Assembly: GCA_964016885.1 (NCBI GenBank)
Contig: OZ024744.1
Span: forward strand, 126,790,001 to 126,854,000
Source of the DNA: Eledone cirrhosa
Lineage: Eukaryota
DNA: 64,000 bases
Reading direction: 5' to 3'
The position numbers were made by a program, and so were the translations under genes. Below, one piece after another: positions 26,401-40,005 of this stretch. The notes beneath the pieces are model-generated. The model was not told the DNA's origin and ran no database searches. It was given only the letters and a program-made list of their open reading frames with translations. How positions within the stretch are numbered: position 1 is the first letter of the stretch; the number at the start of each line of letters is the position of its first letter.

Positions 26401-29400
26401 AAATGATATCACACTACAATATAACACACCATACTACAGTATATCACACCACACTACAATATAGCACATGACACTACCATATATCACACTACACTACACT
26501 ATACCACACAACACTCCACTATATTACATTACACTACACTGTATCACAACACACTACAATATACCACACCACACTACACTATATAACACCACACTACAGT
26601 ATACCACACCAAACTACACTATATCACATGACACTACTATATATCACACCACACTACAGTATATGATATCACACTATAATATAACACAACATACTACAGT
26701 ATATCACACCACACTACAATATAGCACATCACACTACCATATATCACACCACACTACACTATACCACACCACACTACACTATATTACACTACACTACACT
26801 GTATCACACCACACTACACTATACCACACCACATTACATAATATTACACTACACTACAATATACCACACCACAGTAAAATATATCACAACACACTACACT
26901 ATATCACACCACACTACAATATACCACACCAAACTACAATATATCACACTACACTACACTATATCACACCACACTACAATATATCACACCGCACTACACT
27001 ATATCATTGCACACTACAATACACCAAACCCCACTACAATATACGACACCACACTGCATTATGCCACATCACACTACACTATACCACACCACACTACAAT
27101 ATATCACACCACACTACAATATATCACACCACACTACAATATATCACACCACACTACAATATACCACACCACACAACAATTTATCACACCATACTACAAT
27201 ATAATACAACACACTACACTATACCACACCACACGACACTATATAACACCACACTACAATATATCACACCACACTACAATATAGCACAATACAATATATC
27301 ACACTACAATATACCACACCACACTACAATATATCACACCACACAACAATATAACACACCACACTACAATATACTAGACCACACTACAATATACCAAATC
27401 ACACTACAATATACCACACCACAATACAATATATCAAACCACACTACAATATACTACACCACACTACAATATACCACACTACAATATAGCAGCCCACAAT
27501 ACATTATTTCACATCACACTACATTATACCACACCACACTACAATATACCACACCACACTACGTATACCACACCACACAACACTATATCACACCACACTA
27601 CATTATATCTCACAACAATACAATATTCCACTCCACATTACAATATATCAAACCACACTACAATATACCACACCACACTACAATATATCACACCACACTA
27701 CAATATACTACACCATACTACAATATATCACACCACACTATAATATATCACACCACATTTCAGTATATCACACCACACTACAATATATAACACCACGCTA
27801 CAATATATCACACTACAATATACCACATTAGACTATATCACAACTACTACAATATTTCACATCACACTACACTATATCACATCACACTACACTCCAATAT
27901 ATCAGACCACACTACACTATACCACACCACACTACAATATATCACACCACACTACAATATATCACATCACACTACACTATATCACACCGCACTACAATAT
28001 ATCACACCAAACTATACTATATCACAACACACTACCACATACCACACCTCACTAAAATATGCGACACCACACTACAATATACTACACCACACTACAATAT
28101 ACCATACCACACTACAATATATCAGAACACGCTACAAGATACTACACTACAATATATCAGACTACAATATACCACACCACACTACAATACACCAAACCAC
28201 ACTACAATATATCGCACCATACTACAATATACTACACTATAATATAGTAGACCACAATACATTATTTCACATCACACTACACTATACCACACCACACTAC
28301 AATATACTACACCATACTACAATACATCACACCACACTATAATATACCACACCACACTACACTATACCACACCACACTACAATATATGACACCACACTAC
28401 AATGTATCAGATCACACTACAATATATCACACCGCACTACAATATATCACACCAAACTATACTATATCACAACACACTACAATATACCACATCACACTAC
28501 AATATACCACACCACACTACACTATATCACATCAAAATACTATATATCAGACCACACTACAGTATATCACACCACACTACAATATACCACACCACACTAC
28601 ACTAAATCACACCACAATACACCATACCATAACACACTACAATATACTACACCGCACTACAACTAATCAAAACCACACTACACTATAACACACCACACTA
28701 GAATATATCTCACCACTATACAAATATATCACAAAACATTACACTATATCACACCACACTTCAATATACCACTTCACACTACAATATACCACATCACACT
28801 ACAATATACCTCACCACACTATACTATATCACATTACACTACTATATATCACACCACACTACAGTATATCACACCACACTACAGTATATCACACCACACT
28901 AGAATATACCGCACCAGTACCATATATCACACCAGACTACACTATTCCACACCACACTACACTATATTACACTACACTATATCACAACACACTACAAAAT
29001 ACCACACGACACTACACTATATCACATCACACTACCTCATCCCACACCTCACTAAAATATGCCACACCACACTACAATATACCAAACTACACTACAATAT
29101 ACTACACCGCACTACAATATATCACACCACACTACACTATAACACACCACACTAGAATATATCTCACCACTATACAATATATCACACCACACTACACTAT
29201 ATCACATCACACTACTATATATCACAGCACACTACAGTATATCACACCATACTACAATATACCACACCACACTACGATATATCACACCAGACTACACTAT
29301 ACCACACCACAGTACACTATATTACACTACACTATATCAAAACACACTACAAAATACCACACCACACAACAATATATTACACTACACTACAATATACCAC

Positions 29401-29556
29401 ACCACACTAAAATATATCACACCACACTACACTATATCACACCACAATACAATATACCACACCACACTTCAATATGCCACATCACACTACAATATACCAC
29501 ACCACACTACAATATATCACACCACACTACAATATATCACAACACACTACAATATA
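20420..29556. repeat. ~9.1-kb G-poor minisatellite, 20-bp consensus CACACTACAATATA(C/T)CACAC with 5-bp substructure
   Basis: Continuous degenerate repeats. Recurring variant blocks (ccccaatacattatttcacatc, acaagatatctcgccacact) indicate higher-order duplication. Confidence 0.97.
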
Positions 29557-29560
29557 GCCG

Positions 29561-29574
29561 GCCAAAATGGCGAC
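29561..29574 (+). promoter_or_regulatory. Candidate YY1-type site
   Basis: GCCAAAATGGCGAC immediately after the minisatellite; a single motif only. Confidence 0.25.
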
Positions 29575-30399
29575 AAGGAAGGTTGCTTGACCACGTCTTG
29601 ACCAAACAAAATATAATATTTTCACCAAAAACTGCCCTTTAAACACATGTCAGATGGATTACAATATTCATTATTACAATTACTTTGACTGTTCCCTGAC
29701 AACTAGTACCAGTTTCAAGATAGAATTATCTTAACGAAGTATATAGAATTTGACTTGATTTTCCCCCAACAAACCACGTGTTGACAGGGACGTGGAAAAA
29801 AGGAAAAAAAAACAAAACAAATCACTACATCCCTTAAGGATCGCAGTAAGTACTCCACAAAACATATAAACAACAATATACACACAGATTTATATACAGA
29901 TATATACCATATGCATATACACACACGTGAAAAGAAACCACACTATTTCGTGTGAGAAAACCGGCCAAGTTTACCAATTTACATTGGTAAAATATTTCTT
30001 AACATTGACTTCGCTTCTAACCCACATACACCTTTTAATTATATATATATATACTAGCAGCTGAAAGTTAATAATTTGAAAAAAAAAATATTATTGAAAG
30101 TTTATTATAAAGAAGCAGTATCAGGGAGAAAAAAAAACAAAAAAAAACGTTATTTCGCTGTTAATAAACTGTTGCCTTCTACAGTACGTTTCATTTAACT
30201 TACGCAGCATATTTATTTGTTTACATGCACAGACTCTTCTGTACACACACAACATTTAGGAAAAGGGAAACAAAATACACAAAAAAAAAAAAACAAAAAA
30301 AAACAGACATTTTATTTCTATCGTAATCAAGTGCGCTAAACCTATATTGTTTACATTCTGTGTTTTTCTACGGATGGGTAGAAATAACAAAATTGCCAT

Positions 30400-33300
30400 G
30401 GTGATATCCATCGGTGAAATTTGCGACAAAACCGGTCGATGTCCCAAAATAGAACATTGCCCAGAAAATCACATCTGCCATATCTGTACGGAACCCGAAA
30501 ACTCGTTCCGTAATCGCTGGGTCGAATGTGGAACCTGGTACATCTATGTCTGCCTTCAATGCGCCACAGGCTTCCGGAGGATCCCAGGCCAAAAAAAGAG
30601 ACATCATAATGCTATGATGGATGGAATCTGGGAGATGGTCCAGCTAAAATCTTGGTCCTTTCAGTGCCTGGACTGTATGCCTGCCTCCACTAATGTTATT
30701 GAAAAACAACAACAACAACAACAGCAACCGATGACTGTATCTCCCTCCACCATTGTTACTGAACAACTGCAAAAACCTATGACACTGGCTTCTGCTGTTA
30801 TTCCTGTGGGATAACATCAGAAACAACAACAACCCATGTCTTCCACTCCCAGTACATCTCGACACCAACAACCGGCGGCTGAGTCTTCCCCTACCATTCC
30901 TGTGGAGGAACATCATCATCATCACCACCACCACCACCACCACCACCACCACCACCAACAATAACAACAACAACAGCAGCAAACAACAACAACAACAACC
31001 GACCAGTACAGATTTTGCAGAATTGCAACTAATGATTTCTGCTTTAAGAAGGGAAGTAACAGGAATAAAGGCAAGCATTCGGGTAGGACCCCACAATGAG
31101 GGGTCTTATCGGAATGCTTTGCTAAAGAATCTCCCTGTACCTCTTGATGTATCTGGGCACACTGAGAAGACTGCGGAATCTGCTACCCATGAAATAATTG
31201 CCATTGGGGTACCAGAGGACAAGGCTGATCTTCAGGCATTTGCTGCCAGCTCAGCCAAAGACCTAGGCTGTGTTCCCCCAAAGGGTGCTCTCCGCCTTGG
31301 TTGACCTGGTCCAAAATCCAGACTCATCAGGCTGTCTTTTTCGGACCCCGCTGAGGCAATCTCATACCATCTGGCCTCTGTTAAAGCTGGGCGTGAAAAT
31401 CGGATTACCTTCCGAACACGCCCAGGCCTACCACCCCATGTACGTCCAAAGCTCCGTGCTGCAGCTTCCTTGAATCGGAACTCAGCACAACATGAAAGTT
31501 TTAGTCTGCGTGATGATGGGCAGATCTGGAGGTTTGTTAAGGCTGGTGAAACGTGGAAGAGAGATACCAGCTGCTCTGAGTGTGATCTACCCACAATAAC
31601 TGGCAATTAAATAACTGCTACAACTCTGGTAAACTAAATCAGAACAACCTGCCACCCTCTACACACCATCATAAACTGCGAGCAGGGTACAAATTGTTGT
31701 CCTTAAATGCTCGCAGTTTATGCAACAAGATACATCTGTTTGAATCCTACGTCAGAAGTATCGACCCTGACTTCATCACAGTCACAGAAACATGGGCACA
31801 TTCCTTACTCTGTTATGGGGTTTTCAGCATTACTGGGTACAACCTTTTCCGCAAGGACCGCATTAACCGCCGTGGTGGTGGTGTGATGGTCTACGTTCGT
31901 TCAAACTTTTCGGTAATTCCTTGCGTTGATTTGAACGAATCACAGGAAGAAGTTTTTTTCTGTGACATACGTATGACCATGTCAACTCTTCTGCTTGGTG
32001 TTGTTTATCGCCCCCCCCCCCCCCAAACTACCATCAGGACACACAGCTTTGCGATATCCTCAGAGTTGCTGCCAAGAAAACAGCCACTTATGTGTTTATT
32101 GCAGGTGACTTAAATCATCCTGAGATGGATTGGGAAACCTTTCATTGGCCACAAGGTGCAAACGATTTCCTTGAACTAGTGTTGGACTCAAACTGGTCAC
32201 AAGAGGTGACAACACTTCTGAAGTGGTTATCAGTTGTACTACTGAGGAACCTCTAGGCGACTCTGATCATGCTATGATCATTGCCAATCTGGCTCTTGCG
32301 GGCACCAACAAAAACCAGAGCCATCTCCAATCTGCTTGCTTTGATTGGAAGAAAGCAGATTGGAACTTGTACTGCACTGAGCTACAGCGCCCAAACTGGC
32401 ATGAGATGGATAACTCTGGAGATGTGAACACTATACTCCAGAGCATCCTGGACTCAATATGGATAGCGTGTGCAGCATCGGTGCCACGTAAGCAAAAAAA
32501 AAACACCCCAAAAGTGCAATTTGGGAAACTTGCCAGGAAGGAACGTCGGAGCGCTGAACGGGAATATAAACTGCATAAATCAGATGCAACAGAAAAAAGC
32601 GGAATAAATCTTCTTACCATCTCAAGCAAGTGACAAAGAAGGCAGGGCTTGAATTTGAACAGTGTATAGCAACCAATCCTGACAGTAAGGTGTTCTTCTT
32701 TCAATACTGTCTCAACAATGGTGCTACTTCGGAGCAGTGGAAAACTGCCAGTGTCATTCCCCTGTTCAAAAAGGGCAACCGCATGTCACCTGTCAACTAT
32801 CGTCCAGTCAGTCTTACTAGCTGTATGGCCAAACTGATGGAATCCTGTGTCAGAGAAACACTTTGGAACTTCTGGAGCTCTCACAGCCTCATCCGGCCCT
32901 CACAGTTTGGATTTATCCCTAACTCCAGCTGCTGTGATCAGCTTATCGAGTTCCTTGAAGACATCATCCGGATCACTGTCAGCGGCTCATGGGTGGAGGT
33001 TGTTTACCTTGACTTTGCTAAGGCTTTTAATTCTGTGCCACACAAAAGACTTATGGCAAAACTCTTTGCAATGGGTGTGAGGGATGATCTTTTCAACTGG
33101 TTGAAATCCTTCATTCTCAGCCGAAAAGAGGTAGTCACGGTTCTAGGACAGCATTCTTCACCATATGAGATGTCATCTGGTGTACCACAGGGATCTGTTC
33201 TTGGTCCCCTTTTGTTTGTGGCATATATTAATGACATAGATTCCAATTTACAGAATGCCATGGTACTGAAATATGTAGATGACATCAAGCTGTACCTTGA

Positions 33301-34298
33301 AATCAAAAGGACTGATCCTGAAATCTACAACTCTTTCCTACAATCAGACCTGGACACAATGCAGCAATGGATCACAGACTGGCAACTGAAGCTGGCTGTG
33401 GACAAGTGTACCACCATGCATTTTGGGAGGAAAAATCCAGTGTCCACATACTCCCTCCACAACACTGATATCAAGAAGTCTTCTTGTGAACGTGACCTGG
33501 GCATTACTGTCAGCAGCGATTTGCGTTGGACAAAGCATGTCTCTAAAATTGTCAAGAAGGCCGAGGGTGTCTTGGCATCACTCAGCAAGACCTTTGTTAG
33601 CCGCTCTCCAGCCATCTATTTAAAACTGTATACAGCTATGGTACGACCACACTTGGAATTCGCATCATCAGTCTGGAACCCCTATCTTGCTCAGAACATT
33701 GACCTCCTGGAAACTGTTTAGAGACATGCAACCAAGTGCATACTCTGCATCAGACACCTACCATACTCTGACGCCTTGCTTCACTGGCCATGGATTCATT
33801 GAAGCTCCGACGTTTGGGAATGGACTTGGTAAATACCCACAAAGTTAATAACCATCTTGCCAATTACAACCCTGAGCACCATTTTGAACTCCATGTGTCT
33901 AACACACGTGGACATGCCTACAAAATCAGAAAACACCACAGCTCCGATGACGTTCGTAAACATTTTTTCACGCTCAGAGTTGCTGAAGCATGGAACAAAC
34001 TGCCAGCGTCAGTTGTTAGCTGCCGAGACACTACATCCTTTAAAACCTCCACGGAACAAACTGCCTGCATCAGTTGTTAGCTGCCGAGACACTGCATCCT
34101 TTAAGACACTCATGCTCGCCGAAATACGCCAAAACTACACCTGATGTACCCCTTCCATACACATGCGTGTAGCATGACTCATGCACTGTTCATTTTCCTG
34201 ACGTTTGTACATTACCCTATGTACTATACATACACTTTTGATGAGTTGTAGTGCACCTGAGCACTGTACACAATATTTCATTATTATTATTATTATTA
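30400..34298 (+). mobile_element. Near full-length decayed CR1-clade LINE (PHD-type ORF1, APE, RT)
   Basis: ORF1: CHIC...WVEC...CLQC...FQCLDC plus a Q/H-rich tract. APE: LSLNARSL, VTETW, FRKDRINRRGGGV, VYRPP, GDLN, SDH. RT: NYRPVSLTS, LDFAKAF, SGVPQGSVLGPLLF, YVDD, VRPHLEFASSVWNP. (ATT)n tail. Contains stops, frameshifts, an internal deletion near 32695 and a 62-bp 3' duplication. Confidence 0.92.
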
Positions 34299-34519
34299 TA
34301 TATATATAATATAAGAAACGATTACACACGAGAGAGTGTGTGTTTATAAACGTACAGGCAATATATTTATATTTTAAATTATATTAGGGACTTTTAACGT
34401 ATGACACTGGTCAAAAACCGGAAAGGTAAACATTGTCAACGACCTGCTATCTTAATTATAACTTTCATTAATCTAATTATATTTTATATAGTAACGAAAA
34501 CGTATCTAGCAACGAAAAT

Positions 34520-34760
34520 AATGGGAGAGGGTGAGGGACAGACACTATATTCCAGTCTGAGCTGTGATTCAGCCCCACCCTACAGACAAAGTGACAAAGG
34601 TGTTACCACAAAGAATAGCCAGAGACACTCACTGCAGCATCCACCCCACCTCATGGGACTCCTTCCTCAAGTGGGCTGTGGTCTTTCTAATTGTGAGAAG
34701 GAAATCAGCAGTGTGGGGACAGAGAGGAAGTGGTTGGTTAGGCAGCACAGCAGAAATTGA
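34520..34760. repeat. Dispersed ~230-bp repeat, second copy at about 43180-43390
   Basis: Shared ttcagccccaccctacagacaaa...gaaatcagcagtgtggggaca. Confidence 0.8.
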
Positions 34761-34779
34761 GAGGAAGAGTGCTACTGTT

Positions 34780-35312
34780 ATACACCGTTTCCAGTCACAG
34801 GAAGGATCTATAGATGTGGTTGATAGCTTCTGCTATCTAGGTGACCTAATCAGCAGCAGAGGAGGGTGTGCCAAGAGTAGAGTGGCTTGAATAAGGATAG
34901 GATGGAAGTTTAGTGAACTACTACTGCTGATAACATAAGGTTTCTCCCTACACACACAAGGAAGGGTATATAAAGCCTGTGTGAAGTGCACAATACTGCA
35001 TGGTAGAGAAACATGGGCTGTGACTGCAGATGATGCGATTAGACTGGAGAAAAATGAAGCAACCATGTTTTGTTGGATCTGCAACGTATATGTTAGAGAA
35101 ATACAGAGCTTGGACAAGCTGAGGAAATCCTAGTGGAAGGAAGCTGCAGGAGAGGATGACCAAGAAAGTCAGGGGCAAATGTTGTGAGAGCTTAACTCAA
35201 ATTGTGAATACTGGAAGAGGAGATGACGAAGGAACGCATCTAGTGGAGAGATGTCGTGCTAAGAAGGACCCGTCCAACCCATGCAAGCATGGAAAAGTAG
35301 TGTAATGATGAT
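34780..35312 (+). mobile_element. Decayed RTE LINE 3' fragment
   Basis: GSIDVVDSFCYLGDLISSRGGC...LHGRETWAVTADD; 3' end acccgtccaacccatgcaagcatggaaaag...tgatgat. Confidence 0.85.
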
Positions 35313-35441
35313 ACACAAAATATACACTATATATATACATACGTATATAGTATGTGCTACATATACACAAAAATATACACTAAATATATACATATAAGTA
35401 CTACGTATATAATGTACGTGCTACATATACACAAAATATAC

Positions 35442-37822
35442 ATCATCATCAACGTTTAACGTCCGTGTGCCACGCTTGCATGGGTTTGGACGGGGGTTTT
35501 CCCACTTGAGGCAAAATGATTATCTTGCTTGCATAGGACTGTCTGGCGGGTTTTCTACAGCTGGATGCCCTTCCTAACACCAACCACATTTACAGTGTGG
35601 GGGTGGGAGGTTTTTACCGTGTTGCCTACACAGTCACATTACAGCATGGACTGTGTGTTTTTTTGTCGTGATACCTACACGATCTCATTTGTTTCGGCCT
35701 GGATGTTGTGGCACCAACATAAATTTACATTGAAAGGGGCGGTGTGGACGGGGTGGGGGTGGGGGGACGGGCGTGTATTTTGTTAGAGATGCCTACTGAC
35801 TAGTAGGTTTTACTTTGTATTTAGGTAAGGCGGGTCTTCTCTATTACTGAGTACCGCCAAAGGTCTCGGTCCAGTGACATTGTCTTGGTGAGGTGTAAGT
35901 GTGTGAGGTCGGAATTTATCAGCTCGTCCCAGGTCTTTCTGGGTCTGCCTATTCCGTGGCTACCGTCTATCTTTAATGCCCTGCACTTTGTTATACAGCT
36001 ATCGTCTTTCATGCGCATCACGTGACCATACCAACGTAGCCTTCTCTCGAGTAAACAACATCTGATCCCTCTTATTTCTAATTTTTTCCTTAGTTCGTTT
36101 ATGCTTTGCCGTTCACGTATATTACTATTACACATCCAGTGGAGCATGCAAGCTTCTTTTCTGTCTAGTCTGCGTATATCCTCTGCACACAATGCCCAGG
36201 TCTCACTGCCATGCAACATTGCTGTTCGTATGCAGGCATCATACAACCTGCCTTTCATTTTTAGGGAGAACCGTTTAGCGGCTAATAATGGTATAAGCTC
36301 TCTGAACTTTTTCCATCCAGTTCTGACTCTAGCTGCTGTACTTTCAGAGTACCCTCCCCACTGCTGATTTTGTCACCCAGGTAACAGAAGCTGTCCACTA
36401 TTTCTATAGAACCCTCTGCGCAGTTGAAAGAGCTAGTATTCCGTGGGCACTTGCTGCTACTTATTGCACCAGAGCACCGGCCACATGTAAGATCTATGTT
36501 CTTAGTTAGCTTACCACTACATCTTTTATGCACCCATACTTTGCATTTGGGACACAAAATGGAGTTTCTACCTACGCCTTTCCTACACACTGAGCATGGC
36601 CACTTCCCGGAAGGGACCGCCACCTTATTTTCTTTCTTACAAACTAGAACTTTAGTCTTAGCCAGGTTAATTTTAAGGCCTTTTGATTCTAGGCCGTGCT
36701 TCCATGTTTGGAATTTCTTCTCTAGTTCGGCCATTGATTCATCTGCGTATAGGAGTTCCCATGGGCAACCGGTCTTGAACTCCTCTGTTATAGCCTGAAG
36801 GGCAATAATAAATAGTAGGGGGCTGAGAACAGAGCCCTGATGGACGCCAACTTTTACGCTAAACTCTTCACTATATTCGTTGTTAATTCTAACCTTGCTG
36901 ACTGTTTCTTTATACATGGCTTGTATAGCTCTCACAAGCCATTCGTCAACACCTAGTTTTCTAAGAGCCCACCAGATAATGGAACGGGGGACTCTGTCGA
37001 AGGCTTTCTCCAAGTCGACAAAAGCTAAGTATAGGGGTTTACTTTTAGCTAGGTACTTCTCCTGTAGTTGTCGTACAATGAAAAGAGGGTCTGTGGTACT
37101 TTTGCCCGACACAAACCCGAACTGCATTTCATCTAGATCAATTCTCTCTCTGATTAGTTGCGCTATTACATTTTCCGTGACCTTCATGACATGGTCGATT
37201 AATTTAATGCCTCTATAGTTACTCCTATCTAGGGCATCTCCTTTACCCTTATAACAGTTAACGATGCTGCTGCTACGCCAGTCCTTCGGAACAACCCCAT
37301 TCTGTACGACTTGGTTAACTATCCGGGTGACCATGGTGTGTCCCACCGTACCAGATGCCTTCAGCATCTCGGCAACTATTTCGGAAGGCCCAGCTGCCTT
37401 ACCCTTCTTCATATCTTTGATTGCCTTACTTATTATACTACCCTCGATTAACACTGCTGGTCCCTCTATTGGGTCGATGTGGGGGAGACTGTCTTTCTCC
37501 CATTTATTCTCCTCATTTAGTAGCCTTTCATAGTGACACTTCCAAGCTACCTTATTATCAGCGTCGGTGATGGCAAGTACGCCGTCATCATTAAGTACAC
37601 ACTTCTCCCCGACAATATCACGGTTTTCCTTGACACATTGCCTCGCAATCCTGAACACCTCACGTTTTTGGTCCTCGCGTTGTCGGACATGCTTGAACTT
37701 TCTTTCCTCTGCTTCCCTTCTTGCGAAGTACACTTGTCTCCTAGCTTCCCTCCTGGCCATTTGATAGCCTTCTCTGCTTCCCCCATCCCGCCATACTTTC
37801 CAAGCCTGCTTTTTGGCCTTAA
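35442..37822 (-). mobile_element. 5'-truncated RTE LINE, relatively young but inactivated
   Basis: ORFs 36282-37760 and 35821-36258: NYRGIKL, QFGF, FVDLEKAFDRVP, GVHQGSVLSPLLF, CSVC/CPKC/HKRC/CGRC zinc insert, LHGSETW. The YADD motif is broken by an 18-nt deletion (YADESM). (TGA)n tail. Confidence 0.96.
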
Positions 37823-37825
37823 TTG

Positions 37826-38150
37826 ATACATAGAAATACTATGTATATAGTGTACATGCTACATATACACAAAATATACATTATATATATACATATAAAT
37901 ACTATGTATATAGTGTATGTGCTACATATACACAATATATACACTATATATTTACATTTAAATACTATGTATATAGAGTATGTGCTACATATACACAATA
38001 TATACACTATATATAAACATATAAATAATATGTACGGGCTACATATACACAATATATTCACTATATATAAATACTGCATATATAGAGTATATGCTACATA
38101 TAGACAATATATAAACTATATATATACTACATACACATTATATATAACGT
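37826..38150. repeat. AT-rich ~58-bp degenerate minisatellite, continuing at 35312-35441 on the other side of the RTE insertion
   Basis: Repeats of gtatgtgctacatatacacaa(a)atatacactatatata. Confidence 0.8.
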
Positions 38151-38724
38151 TGTCCAAGGTAATAGCTGAAACAACTTGGCACCAATGACATCATAGATCA
38201 TCATTTAATGTCTACTTTCCCTGCTAGCAAGGGTGGGACAGGTCTTTACAAACCAGGGTGCAGTGGTAGACCACATCTCTCTTACATTTTGTCCCACATT
38301 CTACTGGGGCACCAGTACTAAAGAGGTTGTTATGTCTTTGACACAACTGAAGGGTCCTACCAAACCCTTGTTTGGCAAGAGAAGAAAGTTGTAAAGTATT
38401 TTCAAATGTGAATTATTTCTAAAAAAAAGTCATAATTTCAACTGTCATGAAAGTACCATCAACAAATATTAAAGTTATAAAATTGTTTATATTTACACAT
38501 AAATGTGGATATTTTGTCATAAATATAAATATAAACCAGTTAGTGTTTGTAAAATACCACATATAAACACATCAATCTTGTTTTGTTTTTCTTGCACTGA
38601 TGGAGTCATAGGGGTGTCACTGTGGACATCTGAAGCTTGGTGGAGCCCTTCACTCTCCAGGTTGGGACAGGTGATTTCTTCCAAAGAAGGAGAGAGAATG
38701 AAAGAGAGGAAGTGAGAAAGAACA

Positions 38725-39050
38725 GACCCCAGTGGTAGACTGGTATTTTTTTGTTATCAACCTTGAATGGATGAAAGGCAAAGTTGACCTCAGCAGGATT
38801 TAAACTCAGAGCAGAGAACCAGAACAAATATGGCAGAAAGTATTCCATCCATTGTTTTGTAGACTTTAAATAAATGTTTCTACTTTTAACTCAACCCCAG
38901 TGCATTACTGGTACTTTATTTTACTGAACCTGAGGAAGAAGAGTAAAGCTAACCTCAGCAGGTTTTTAATACAGAACGTAAAGGGATGTAACTATATGAC
39001 ACAAAGCATATCGTCTGACACTCTACTGATTCTGCCAATCCACCACCATC
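38725..39050 (-). mobile_element. Two decayed Meta-type SINE copies
   Basis: ggatgaaggcaaagttgacctcagcaggatttaaactcag and cattactggtactttatttt...ctctactgattctgccaatccaccacc. Confidence 0.7.
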
Positions 39051-39449
39051 ACCAATAAAATAAGATTGTGTCTCTATAAGAAACCTTAATGACAAATATG
39101 AAGTAGAACTTTCTACAGAGTGTATTTGTGGATTACAATACAAAACCTGAGAATAATTTCCAACATATTTCACCATAATAAATGTTCATAAATATATATT
39201 ATTATTTCGTGGCATTCTTGAGATCATTAATCCCTACCTGAACATCCCTAGACATCTGATCTATGTAGGTCATTTTCAGTCATCTCACTAGGGTCTTACT
39301 ATGTTTAGGTATCCACCACAGGAGCCAGCTCATCAATTCATTGGTAGGAATGTCTGGCATATCTTGTCCTTCGCTCCCTAGATATTGTAGTAATCTTCAA
39401 TATATGGCAGTATACTTCTTCCATTTGATAGAGTATATATATATATAGA

Positions 39450-39890
39450 TGCATATGAAGGATGACAGCTGCATTAAAAGGTGCAGAGCACTAAATGTCG
39501 CTGGAAGCCATGGAGTGGGGAGATCCAGGAAGACGTGGGATGAGGTGATAAAAGCTGACCTTGCCTAATTGCACCTCTCAAAGGCGATGACGCAGGACGG
39601 TGCCCTCTGGCATCATGCAGTAATACAGAAGACCTGACTTCACATGGCTACAAGCCGAAGCTGAAGCATATAGACAAATATGTCCCCATCCCCACCCACT
39701 GCAAAGTGTTCAACAAAAAAGCCCCCAGCCCCCAGAGTAAAGTGGCTGTGTAGGCACCATGGTAAAAAAAGCACCTAGCACACACAGTAAATGAGGTTTT
39801 GTGTTAAGAAGGACATCAAGTTGTAGAAATCAAGCCAAAATCAGTTCCCGAACGAGCAAGATGAGGTCACATGATGTAAAACGGTGATAA
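39450..39890 (+). mobile_element. RTE LINE 3' end fragment
   Basis: MHMKDDSCIKRCRALNVAGSHGVGRSRKTWDEVIKADL, then a 3' UTR similar to the other RTE copies. Confidence 0.8.
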
Positions 39891-40005
39891 TAAGTATAAG
39901 ATAAGGATTTTTCAAGCTTCACATTGTATATTCTTCCTTCCAGAGTGTGTCTGCATAGTTGTGTGTTTCACATTTCACAGTGATGGGGTTTATTGCAAGT
40001 GTTGA

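Noticed and set aside
20337-28688. Long His/Thr/Tyr-rich ORFs (up to 440 aa)
   Set aside because: Artefacts of a G-poor minisatellite that rarely forms stop codons; they occur in all three frames and the 20-bp unit is not a multiple of 3
30644-31096. Poly-Leu/Val/Met ORF resembling a membrane protein
   Set aside because: Antisense translation of the CAA/CAC/CAT triplet tract inside the CR1 ORF1
36101-37826. Plus-strand ORFs opposite the RTE elements (also 44561-45537 and 52650-53573)
   Set aside because: Antisense shadows of the LINE coding sequence
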